Positions 53,474 to 62,013 are shown, numbered from the stretch's first letter. The stretch: 64,000 nucleotides of DNA from Bacteroidales bacterium (GCA_023138875.1 JAGLOO010000035.1:1722-65721), one strand, 5' to 3'. Notes: generated from the letters alone by a model not told the origin. Translations and numbers: made by a program.

Positions 53474-54340
53474 TCATTCCTTGATATGACTTTGTAGTTG
53501 CATGGCTTCAATCCTATGGCATATATCTGCAATTCTCCTGAGGGCATGATACTTTTTTAGTCTGCAATTGCCATCGGAGATATGAAGGGCTTTAGCAATG
53601 TTGGATAGTTTCTCTTCGTGGAAATAATAGTGTTTCAGTATATATCTTTCATCTTTCGAAATCGAATCATGCATGGCTTTTTCAATATAATAGTACCTGT
53701 CATCTGCCTCAGATCTTTCTTCTTCAAAAGGTGTCAGCAAATGGTCCAATTCCATCTCTGTCGATCTTTTGTTGTGCTGCATTTTCTTCCTGTAGTATTC
53801 AAAGGTTTTGAGTTCAAGTATCCTGAAATAGTAGGATTTAAATGCCCGGGAAGTTTCAAAACAGAGTTTTTTTGCTGCTATCTTCTCAACGAATGTCAGC
53901 ATCGATTCCTGAAAGATTTCTCTGGCAACATCGGCCACTATTTTCTTGTCTGAAAGCCATTTGGCTGCGTATATGAATAATCTTTCATTTACCCTCCTCC
54001 AGGCAACGCTATCATTCACTGTTATCAAATTGTAAAACCCCTTAAACTGACCTGTGACAATCTCATTGGTATACTTCAAAATTACCTCTTTGTACTCTTG
54101 GTATTTATCAATTCTCAGCTTTCCGGACAACACTTCATGTCTGAACCTTGAATAAACCTTCTTGATGATATATTCAGAATCTCCGATCCCATCTTCCGTT
54201 GCAATCCAACCTGTTTCTATCCTTTCACTCCTTGCCCACCTGGAAATAATAATTCCAATATGTGACCTTATGCTCAGCCACGTGTTTTCATTGAGACCCG
54301 TAAGCTCATTTATGACTGTATTGAAATCATCAAGTTCCAT
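53474..54340 (-). CDS. Sigma-70-family (ECF-like) factor with a ~125-aa N-terminal extension
   Basis: The region 2-like block is DVAREIFQESMLTFVEKI......F....AFKSYYFRILE. Region 4 is ISKDERYILKHYYFHEEKLSNIAKALHISDGNCRLKKYHALRRI. The first ~125 aa have no motif I recognise. Confidence 0.65.
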   Translation of the reverse strand: MELDDFNTVINELTGLNENTWLSIRSHIGIIISRWARSERIETGWIATEDGIGDSEYIIKKVYSRFRHEVLSGKLRIDKYQEYKEVILKYTNEIVTGQFKGFYNLITVNDSVAWRRVNERLFIYAAKWLSDKKIVADVAREIFQESMLTFVEKIAAKKLCFETSRAFKSYYFRILELKTFEYYRKKMQHNKRSTEMELDHLLTPFEEERSEADDRYYYIEKAMHDSISKDERYILKHYYFHEEKLSNIAKALHISDGNCRLKKYHALRRIADICHRIEAMQLQSHIKE

Positions 54341-54642
54341 AAGGAGATGACAGATCTGGCTAAAATGTTAACACAAGCCGGCGAATGCTTTCTTGAGCCC
54401 GCATACCGGTCCTGTAGTTAAAGGTAGTAAATCAACTAATATCTTCATCCCGTTAACATCATATCGAATCTCTAAGGGGTATGTTCTCCATCGTTTGTGG
54501 TGGGTTAGTTCATTCTTAAGATAAAGCTTCATAGTCAATCGTGTGATTATTCTCTATATTTATATCCGGTAAGTACTACTGCTAGATCTTTATACGATTA
54601 GAAATGTCGTTGTTTCTATTCATTATATAACAAACCGATATC

Positions 54643-54879
54643 ATGGAAAAACAATCGATGGCTTTACCGGGAGAAAAAACAGGAATCCTCTCTATTGTTT
54701 TTATCAGCCTGGCTGTAATATTATTTACGAGAAGTCGTGCCACCGATGATCTTGGACTATGCACAATCAAGATGTCGGGCGATGATCTTATCTATGAAGA
54801 GATCTCCATCGAGGAGTGTCAGGAGATCTTCGGCAATACCACCGGTGCAGGAGGCTGGAGCTGGGACCCACAGGACTAA
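54643..54879 (+). CDS. Hypothetical small membrane protein
   Basis: 78 aa with one TM (GILSIVFISLAVILF) and an acidic Cys-containing tail. Its stop lies 1 nt before the ATG of the flavin reductase gene. I have no homology support. Confidence 0.3.
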   Translation: MEKQSMALPGEKTGILSIVFISLAVILFTRSRATDDLGLCTIKMSGDDLIYEEISIEECQEIFGNTTGAGGWSWDPQD

Positions 54880-54880
54880 C

Positions 54881-55480
54881 ATGAAAAAATTCAAAGAGAT
54901 CAAGCCCACTGAGATCACCGACAATGTATTCAAACTGCTTGACAAAGACTGGATGCTCGTAACAGCGGGTACCCTGGAAGATTACAACACCATGACTGCC
55001 AGCTGGGGTCACATGGGCATCCTCTGGAACCTGCCTGTGGCCATTGCCTACATCCGTCCGCAAAGACACACCTATGGATTCGCCAACAGGTACGGGGATT
55101 ATACCCTGTCCTTTTTTACCGAGGCATACCGCTCGGCTCTCCAGTTCTGCGGGACCAGGTCGGGCCGTGACTGCGACAAAGCGGCCGAGACGGGCCTTAC
55201 TGCAATCCAGACCCAAAGGGGAAATGTAATTTTCCAGGAGGCAAGGCTGGTACTGGAATGCCGGAAGATTTACGAAGACAACCTGAAAAAGAAAAACTTC
55301 CTCCTCCCCGAGGTAGCCAAAAAGAACTATCCCAAAAACGATTTCCACCGCTTCTACATGGGTGAAATAGTAAGAAAGAGGGAACGCTATTTCAACCAGG
55401 ATCTTCATCAACCATTGCAAGTTGATCCTTCGTTAGTTTCAAGCTATGAAATACCCGAGATTTTCCCTGGTGATGCTTAA
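54881..55480 (+). CDS. Flavin reductase-like (FMN-binding split-barrel) protein with an atypical C-terminal tail
   Basis: The sequence MKKFKEIKP.EI.DNVFKLL.KDWMLVTAGT...YNTMTASWG..G.LWN.PVA..YIRPQR.TY.F matches the Bacteroidota flavin reductase family. After FYMGEIV the last ~30 aa are unrecognisable and overlap the antisense defence-gene remnant. Confidence 0.8.
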   Translation: MKKFKEIKPTEITDNVFKLLDKDWMLVTAGTLEDYNTMTASWGHMGILWNLPVAIAYIRPQRHTYGFANRYGDYTLSFFTEAYRSALQFCGTRSGRDCDKAAETGLTAIQTQRGNVIFQEARLVLECRKIYEDNLKKKNFLLPEVAKKNYPKNDFHRFYMGEIVRKRERYFNQDLHQPLQVDPSLVSSYEIPEIFPGDA

Positions 55481-56406
55481 TCATCTTTCTATTAAACCCA
55501 AGCTTTGTAACCAGAACTTCATCCGGACGACACTCTACATGAACCACTTTCATAGATTGAGAATTCTGATCATTATTCAACTTTGTGACAATGGTCTGGT
55601 AATCTTCCATCTGGGTAATAAAAACATTAAGGTCTTCAATTTTTGACTTCTCAATAAGACTAAGTAACAGATATGGATTATGCGTTGTTATGAAAAATTG
55701 ATTCGTTTCATCCAATGCTATTCTTTCTGCGAGGAATTTTGTGTAGAATGGAAATGTATTGCTATCCGGTTCGTCGAAGAGTATCAGGCTTTCTTTATTG
55801 CTCTTTATTGCTATTGTATAAAAGATAATTCTCTGTTGGCTTGATTGTCAGTGTTAATTCTTTGGATTTTAGGAACTCTGAAACCCACTTTTTGTATTCC
55901 TTATTTGATAATAGAAGGGATGGCAGATTTTCTCCGTATGGAACAGAAAGATGAGGCATATAATCATATGAAAAACTGGAAAGTCTCTTATATTCGTACA
56001 GATGAACATTGGTGCGCCCCTGATTACCCTAATCCTGAACCTTTCCATCATGTAACAAGATAGCCGGCCGTTCTACAGATTCCACGAAATCCAGGAAGAA
56101 ATGGAATTGATTCTCCGGGGTGCCATCCTCACGAACAGCATATTTAAGCATGGTATTGCGATCACCGGTTTTAACCTCAATAGGCAGATTGATATCAAAA
56201 TCGTAGAATAGGTCTCCAATTGTCTTATATCGGAACATCTGATTATTGAGAGTTTCCCCAAGTGTATTTTGACTCTGTAGAGATAATGCCTCGATAATAT
56301 TACTCTTCCCACCATTAGGTTCACCAATGAAAACATTTAACTTCTTACAGGATATTGATAAATCCTTAATTGATTTGAAGTTTCTTATGGTTAAATCGTT
56401 TATCAT
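55392..56406 (-). pseudogene. Disrupted ABC/AAA_15-21-type ATPase with a truncated Toprim (DUF4435-like) tail; OLD/PARIS-like defence remnant
   Basis: The N-terminal fragment (56406-56029) is MINDLTIRNFKSIKDL......LNVFIGEPNGGKSNIIEAL, containing Walker A. It ends in a stop. The C-terminal fragment, in another frame (55847-55392), is SSQQRIIFY....ESLILFDEPDSN.....FITTHNPYLL, then MKVVHVECRPDEVL...GKSRVF.....LAMVDEDPG (E...D.D Toprim-like), cut off at the flavin reductase gene. Confidence 0.65.
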
Positions 56407-56570
56407 ATCAGTCTTTTATACAAATTTATAATTTATCCTGAGCTTCACCTCAACAATTTTTTCCACTGCTGTCGGGTTGGTCTTTCCGTCTTTCCAGTTT
56501 TTTCATTTTTTTCCTCTGTTATGCAACCTCGGAAACCCTAACTTGTCTTTCCAATTGAAAGCATAATACT

Positions 56571-57119
56571 TTGACGATAAAATACGAGGAAATACACAGG
56601 GATGTGATCGAATCGTGCATGAAAGGTGATGTTCGGGCGCAGTACCAGTTATACAGTCTCTATTCAAAGGCCATGTATAACATCTGTTACCGGATGACCG
56701 GACAGCAGGAGGAGGCGGAAGACATGCTTCAGGAATCTTTTTCCTATGCTTTCAGAAAACTGGGTTCTTTCAGGTTTGAGTCTTCCTTCGGAGCATGGTT
56801 GAAGCGCATTGTTGTGAATACCTGTATCAATCACCTTAAGAAAAGAAAGGTGGACCTCGTATACACGGACCAACACAACGATCCGGCACCAGATGACGAT
56901 TTTGTCGATTACGGAGAAATCCGGCTGCGGGCGGAAGGGGTGATGAAGGCAATGGGGAAGTTATCCCAGGGCTACCGGATCGTATTCTCTCTCTATCTGC
57001 TCGAGGGGTATGACCACAAGGAGATCTCGGAGATAATGGGTATTTCCGAATCGACCTCGAAAAGCCAGTTTTTAAGAGCTAAACAAAAAATTAAGGAAAT
57101 CTTGATGAGCCATGAGTGA
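56571..57119 (+). CDS. ECF-type RNA polymerase sigma-70 family factor
   Basis: Region 2 is AEDMLQESFSYAFRKL.SFR.ES.FGAWLKRIVVNTCI. Region 4 is GYRIVFSLYLLEGYDHKEISEIMGISESTSKSQFLRAKQKI. The start codon is uncertain (TTG 56571, or a downstream ATG). Confidence 0.88.
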   Translation: MTIKYEEIHRDVIESCMKGDVRAQYQLYSLYSKAMYNICYRMTGQQEEAEDMLQESFSYAFRKLGSFRFESSFGAWLKRIVVNTCINHLKKRKVDLVYTDQHNDPAPDDDFVDYGEIRLRAEGVMKAMGKLSQGYRIVFSLYLLEGYDHKEISEIMGISESTSKSQFLRAKQKIKEILMSHE

Positions 57120-57657
57120 CAGGTTAGAAGAATTTGTGAAGCAGCACCGGGAACAGTTTGATCTCCACGAGCCGGATCCATCCATCTGGTTGAAGATCAA
57201 TCCTGCCAATGCACCCGTTGTGAGGGAACATAGGCCGATGCGTTGGTTATGGGTGGCAGCTGCCATTGCGGTAATCTTTACAGGGTTCACAGCAGGCATC
57301 TATTTCCTCACAGGAAGTAATGCTGGCGAGGATCTGTACAGCAGCAAGCTGTTTATGGAGATCCGGGAAACCGAACAGTATTACAGCCGGATGGTTTCCC
57401 AGCGTTACGATGAACTCAGGCCCTACCTGGCAAGTGATCCGGTTGCTGAAGAGATGCTCACGGCCGACATGGAAGAACTGGATGAGGTCTATAACGAGTT
57501 GAAGAATGATCTGAAGGACAATGTATCAAACTCCGAGGTAATCGAAGCGATGATACTTAATTACAGGGTGAAACTGGAGATTCTGGAAGACCTGCTTAAT
57601 CAATTAAACGAAAAGGAGAATCAAGATTATGAGAACAATGAATCATATTCTCTATAA
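57112..57657 (+). CDS. ECF-associated membrane protein (anti-sigma-like)
   Basis: It overlaps the sigma gene stop by 8 nt. The N-terminus reads F..HEPDPSIWLKI, followed by the TM segment WLWVAAAIAVIFTGFTAGIYF and an acidic coiled-coil tail. Confidence 0.6.
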   Translation: MSDRLEEFVKQHREQFDLHEPDPSIWLKINPANAPVVREHRPMRWLWVAAAIAVIFTGFTAGIYFLTGSNAGEDLYSSKLFMEIRETEQYYSRMVSQRYDELRPYLASDPVAEEMLTADMEELDEVYNELKNDLKDNVSNSEVIEAMILNYRVKLEILEDLLNQLNEKENQDYENNESYSL

Positions 57658-58741
57658 ACCCGCACAGCTACTTTTCCTGCTGGCACTGATGCTGGGGACT
57701 TCTGTCTCCGCCCAGAGTCACACGGACAAGCGCAGTGTGAGCAGGAGTTTTCCTGCGTCACGAGAGACAACCCTGGAGGTTCAGAATAAATACGGGAAGA
57801 TACAGATAGTCACATGGGAAAAGGATTCCGTTGCGGTGGATGTGGATATCTACCTGACCGAGTCCAGTGCCTCCAAACTCAGGAAACTGAAAGAGGACAT
57901 TCGCATCAACTTCACAGGAACCAAAACCTTTATCATTGCCAAAACCACCATCGAGAGTGAAAGCGGACGGCTGGCCTCCGAGTTAAAAAACATTAGCAAT
58001 ACCATTACCGGAACGAACAAACAGGTTGAGATCAATTATATGGTGCATGTACCGGAGTACATGGACGTGGTCCTGCAAAACAAGTTCGGGGATATCTATA
58101 TGGACGACCTGAGCGGTCAGGTAGACATTAAATTGTCCAATGGAGTGCTGAAGGCCAACCGGCTGGAGGGAAACTCATCCATAGCACTCAGTTTTGCCAA
58201 CGGGATGATCAAATCCCTGGGCTCAGCCACAATGAAGCTTTCCTACTCCGACCTGGTGCTGAGTGAGGTGAACCAGCTTGACCTGAACAGTAAATCTTCC
58301 AAGCTGAATGTGGATAAGGTGAATGTGCTGAAGATCAATTCACGGCGCGATAAACTATATTTCAAGGAGGTGGAGTATTTCTATGGGAAAAGCAATTTCA
58401 CCCAGGTCTGGGTTTACGATTTCATCAGGGAGTGCGATGTTTATATGAAATACGGGAAGCTGACCATTGAGCATGTACAGCCCGATTTCACCAAGATCTA
58501 TGTGGAATCGGACTATACCGATATAACACTCTATTTCGACAGGGAAACTGCGTTTGCATTTGACATCCTTCACCACGAAAAGTCGGTATTGAGATTGCCA
58601 GGTGATGTGGCGACCCCGGAGGAGACATTTGACGGGAAGAACCACTTTCAGACCGTGGGTAAGATAGGTGAAGGAGAACCGGTGGGCCGACTGAATATTG
58701 ATGCCCTGCAAAAGTGTTATATCAACATCTCTATCAAGTAG
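57629..58741 (+). CDS. DUF4097-like beta-strand-repeat ('putative adhesin') exported protein
   Basis: It has a signal peptide and repeated ..G.I.[IV]... strand units (VQNKYGKIQIVTWEKDSVAVDVDI, LQNKFGDIYMDDLSGQVDIKLSNG). This family commonly follows Bacteroidota ECF/anti-sigma pairs. Confidence 0.6.
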   Translation: MRTMNHILYKPAQLLFLLALMLGTSVSAQSHTDKRSVSRSFPASRETTLEVQNKYGKIQIVTWEKDSVAVDVDIYLTESSASKLRKLKEDIRINFTGTKTFIIAKTTIESESGRLASELKNISNTITGTNKQVEINYMVHVPEYMDVVLQNKFGDIYMDDLSGQVDIKLSNGVLKANRLEGNSSIALSFANGMIKSLGSATMKLSYSDLVLSEVNQLDLNSKSSKLNVDKVNVLKINSRRDKLYFKEVEYFYGKSNFTQVWVYDFIRECDVYMKYGKLTIEHVQPDFTKIYVESDYTDITLYFDRETAFAFDILHHEKSVLRLPGDVATPEETFDGKNHFQTVGKIGEGEPVGRLNIDALQKCYINISIK

Positions 58742-58748
58742 AACAGTT

Positions 58749-59246
58749 ATGAGAAATCTTTACATCATCATACTCCTCTGCCTCTCCACCAACGTCTTTT
58801 CACAATTCTATGCGAAAGAGTTCGGGATGCGTGGGGGATATACAGCCGGATTCACATTCCGGGTGAATATCGAAGACGCCCTCTCCTATGAGGGACAACT
58901 GACATACCGTGACAAGGGTGCCATATTCAACCTGTTCAGGCAACAGCACCTTGAAATTGGAATGGACAAGCATGGAAACTGGGATTTCATCTATGGATTT
59001 GGTGCCCACACCGGCTTTTACTTTACTGATTACTACCGCATATTCTTCAGAGAGATCTACTTTGGCAGGGAAATTTTCACCCCGGTCATCGGATTTGACG
59101 GATACCTGGGGGTTGAATACCAACTGGTGAATGCACCGGTGAGTTTTGGTGTTAATTTCCAGCCCTTTATGGAGATCTCACTGAAGCAGATCTTTGGAGT
59201 TAATTTATGGGATTTTGGAATAAGTGTGAAATACAGATTTAATTAA
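58749..59246 (+). CDS. Small exported protein, outer-membrane beta-barrel-like (hypothetical)
   Basis: The start MRNLYIIILLCLSTNVFSQ is a signal peptide. It has Gly/aromatic strand periodicity and the C-terminal ISVKYRFN. Confidence 0.5.
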   Translation: MRNLYIIILLCLSTNVFSQFYAKEFGMRGGYTAGFTFRVNIEDALSYEGQLTYRDKGAIFNLFRQQHLEIGMDKHGNWDFIYGFGAHTGFYFTDYYRIFFREIYFGREIFTPVIGFDGYLGVEYQLVNAPVSFGVNFQPFMEISLKQIFGVNLWDFGISVKYRFN

Positions 59247-59247
59247 A

Positions 59248-59997
59248 ATGAAAATAGTTATGAAACGGATAATTACTTTGATCGCAGTGATGGCAATGGC
59301 AGTTCTATCGCTCATGGCCCAGGAGCCAGCAGAAGAGCCACAGGAAGTACAGGAGGCCCAGGAGCCAGCAGAAGAGCCACAGGAAGTACAGGAGGCCCAG
59401 CAACCTGAAGGAAAACAAAGGAGAAAACCCGGAGAGGTGCAGACCCTTTTTGACAGCAACCGCGGAAGTGGTGGTTACGGAGCTTTTACCATCGGATATA
59501 CACAGATCGACGGGCGCGATGCCTTTCTCATGGGCGGACGTGGAGCATGGGTGATCGGTCACGGATTCGGACTGGGCCTCGGGGGTTATGGTTTTGTAAA
59601 CGATCCTGTGTATGATGCCGTTGATGATCTGAATTATTCTCTGATGGGTGGCTACGGAGGACTGGTAATGGAACCGATCATTATGGGCTGGTTACCGGTC
59701 CACCTCTCCTTCCCCATTCTTATAGGAGCAGGCGGGGTGGCGAACACTTCTTACAGTGCCAACTGGAACGACCCATATGAGCACCATCCGGGGAGTTTTG
59801 AAGGTGCCACGGCATTTTTCGTTGCCGAAGGAGGAATTGAACTGGAGTTCAACCTGGTCCGCTTTTTCAGGCTGGCCCTGTACAGTTCCTACCGGTACAC
59901 TTCCGATATCATCATGCCAAATACATCGATGGATACACCGGTGGATGCACTGAAGGGTTGGAGCTACGGGATTACATTTAAGTTTGGGAGTTTCTAA
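59248..59997 (+). CDS. Exported Gly-rich protein with an acidic tandem repeat (hypothetical, beta-barrel-like C-terminus)
   Basis: It has a signal peptide, a QEPAEEPQEVQEA x2 repeat and Gly-rich segments. It ends in WSYGITFKFGSF with terminal Phe. Confidence 0.5.
   Translation: MKIVMKRIITLIAVMAMAVLSLMAQEPAEEPQEVQEAQEPAEEPQEVQEAQQPEGKQRRKPGEVQTLFDSNRGSGGYGAFTIGYTQIDGRDAFLMGGRGAWVIGHGFGLGLGGYGFVNDPVYDAVDDLNYSLMGGYGGLVMEPIIMGWLPVHLSFPILIGAGGVANTSYSANWNDPYEHHPGSFEGATAFFVAEGGIELEFNLVRFFRLALYSSYRYTSDIIMPNTSMDTPVDALKGWSYGITFKFGSF
59320..59397 (+). repeat. 2 x 39-bp perfect in-frame tandem repeat (QEPAEEPQEVQEA)
   Basis: caggagccagcagaagagccacaggaagtacaggaggcc occurs twice. Phase was checked against ORF 59248. 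Confidence 0.9.
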
Positions 59998-60006
59998 CGA
60001 TTACTT

Positions 60007-62013
60007 TCAGCTTTTGACCTTCCCTTCCTTTAACCAGCTGAGATAACTCTGTACATCCAGGTCCGTGCCTTTGGGGGGATTGACCACATTGCCCTCCGCA
60101 TCCATGATCACATAGAGGGGGATGGTGTTGGTCTGGAAGTGACCGATCTCAAAGTCGATGTTTTGCTGACCAATGGTCTTTTTTATCTTTCCGTCCACAT
60201 CAGAAGTGTACCATTCCGATTCGGGCAGTTTGGTACGGTCGTCGGTGTATAGTGCCACGATCACAAAGTCGTTCCGAAGCATGTTCAGTACTTCCGGATC
60301 GGACCAAACAGCAGCTTCCATCTTTTTGCAGTTGCTGCAAAAGTGTCCCTTGAAATCGATGAGGACCGGTTTACCGGAAGCCTCTGCACACGCCAGTCCC
60401 TCCTCCAGGTCATAGAAGCCTTTCAGGCCAAAGGGCATGTGGAACAGGTCCGTATATTTTGTGGGTGCACACCCCTCCTGGTCAGTTGTTGCTGCAACGG
60501 GTGCTCCCGAATAGACTGCTCTTTGTGTCAGGTCAATGCCATTGGGAGATTTGGGAGGCAGCAAAGGTGCAATATTTTTCAGCTCGTACCCGAAGAGTCC
60601 CATGAACAGGTAAACCACGAAGGTGAATGATGCCACGCTCAGCAGGAGCCTGGGTACGGTCACGTGCGACAGATCGCTGTCGTGTGAGAACCTGAGCTTT
60701 CCAAGGAAATAGATCCCCAGCATGAAGAAAAGGACGATCCATACGGCCAGGTAAAGCTCCCGGGTAAGAATTTTGTTGGCAGGATCCAGCGCCAGTAAGA
60801 ATTTCATACTGAACGCGAGTACGAGAAATCCGAGTACCACCTTTACCGCATTGAGCCAGCCACCCGATTTGGGCAGTCCCTTCAGCCAGGATGGGAATAT
60901 GGCAAACAGGGTAAACGGGATGGCAAAGGCCAGGGCAAATCCGAACATTCCCAGGATAGGTTTCAGGGCAAGTCCGCCTGCAGCCTCCACCAGCAGGGCG
61001 CCCACAATGGGACCCGTGCAGGAAAAGGATACAAGTACGGTGGTCAGAGCCATGAAAAAAGCCCCTCCAAATCCACCCTTATCGGCCCTGCTGTCTGCTT
61101 TATTCACCCAGCGTGAGGGCAGCACCAGCTCGAACATGCCGAAAAATGAAAAGGCAAACAGCACGAACAGCGCAAAGAAGATCAGGTTGGGGATCCAGTG
61201 CGTACTGAGCGCATTGGCTGCATTGGGACCCACGTTGGAAATGCTCACGATCACTCCCAGGGAAGTATAGATGGCTACAATGGAGAGTCCGAAGACCAAT
61301 CCCCGCAAAAACCCCTTTGCTTTGCTGCCATTTCCCTGCATGAAGAAACTGACGGTCATGGGGATCATGGGGAATACACAGGGTGTAAGCAACGCCAGCA
61401 ACCCAAGTCCGAATGCCAGCCAGAAAAATCCCCATAACGACCTCTCATCCTCCATGGCCGGAACGCCGGGTACTGTTAGTTTGGATTCAGTTTCTGTGGA
61501 TAGAGTTTCCGTTGTTTCCTCTATCTGAGCTGAAGTTGCTGCTCCGCCATCCCCCGGCAGGGTTACTGTAAAGGAGAACTCTTCATACTTGGGAGGAAGA
61601 CAGATGACATCGTCGCACACCTGGAACTCGATCTCACCGGTAATGGTGTGGGTGCCGGGACCATTCAGTTTCACTCTCTGCCTCAGCTCTGCTTTTCCCG
61701 AGATGGTTCCCAGTTCCATCTGGAATCCTTCGTCAAATTTCTTTTTAGGCTTTGTAACCTCAACGATCCCGTCCACAAGGGAGTAGGCCTCCGACTCATT
61801 GAAATAGGGTTTGGTGGCAATGGGGCCTCCGGACGGCAGGTATGCCGAATAGAGGTGCCAAGGCGGATCGATAATGGCCTTGAATACCAGTTCCACTTCC
61901 TGGTCTCCAATACTTTCATGTGAGAAAGTCCACTTAACCGGATCGGCTATCTGCGCATTGACGTTGAAAACCATCCAGAGGGTCAGGCCCGTCAATATGA
62001 GTATCTTTTTCAT
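60007..62013 (-). CDS. dsbD: Thiol:disulfide interchange protein DsbD family (N-terminal domain, CcdA-like TM core, C-terminal thioredoxin)
   Basis: The TM core carries the LTPCVFPMIP and FSCTGP motifs. The C-terminal thioredoxin domain has the CSNC (C..C) motif. The start is moved to MKKILIL (62013). Confidence 0.88.
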   Translation of the reverse strand: MKKILILTGLTLWMVFNVNAQIADPVKWTFSHESIGDQEVELVFKAIIDPPWHLYSAYLPSGGPIATKPYFNESEAYSLVDGIVEVTKPKKKFDEGFQMELGTISGKAELRQRVKLNGPGTHTITGEIEFQVCDDVICLPPKYEEFSFTVTLPGDGGAATSAQIEETTETLSTETESKLTVPGVPAMEDERSLWGFFWLAFGLGLLALLTPCVFPMIPMTVSFFMQGNGSKAKGFLRGLVFGLSIVAIYTSLGVIVSISNVGPNAANALSTHWIPNLIFFALFVLFAFSFFGMFELVLPSRWVNKADSRADKGGFGGAFFMALTTVLVSFSCTGPIVGALLVEAAGGLALKPILGMFGFALAFAIPFTLFAIFPSWLKGLPKSGGWLNAVKVVLGFLVLAFSMKFLLALDPANKILTRELYLAVWIVLFFMLGIYFLGKLRFSHDSDLSHVTVPRLLLSVASFTFVVYLFMGLFGYELKNIAPLLPPKSPNGIDLTQRAVYSGAPVAATTDQEGCAPTKYTDLFHMPFGLKGFYDLEEGLACAEASGKPVLIDFKGHFCSNCKKMEAAVWSDPEVLNMLRNDFVIVALYTDDRTKLPESEWYTSDVDGKIKKTIGQQNIDFEIGHFQTNTIPLYVIMDAEGNVVNPPKGTDLDVQSYLSWLKEGKVKS

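Noticed and set aside
54368-54532. A 54-codon minus-strand ORF (MKLYLKNELTHHKRWRTYPLEIRYDVNGMKIL...) just upstream of the N-extended sigma gene.
   Set aside because: It has no recognisable motif, signal or coupling to the sigma start. It cannot be separated from chance in AT-rich intergenic DNA without comparative data.
54737-54880. The upstream extension of the flavin reductase ORF (MPPMILDYAQ...).
   Set aside because: Family homology begins at MKKFKEIKP (54881). The extension overlaps another frame's ORF and is Arg/Ser-rich with no motif.
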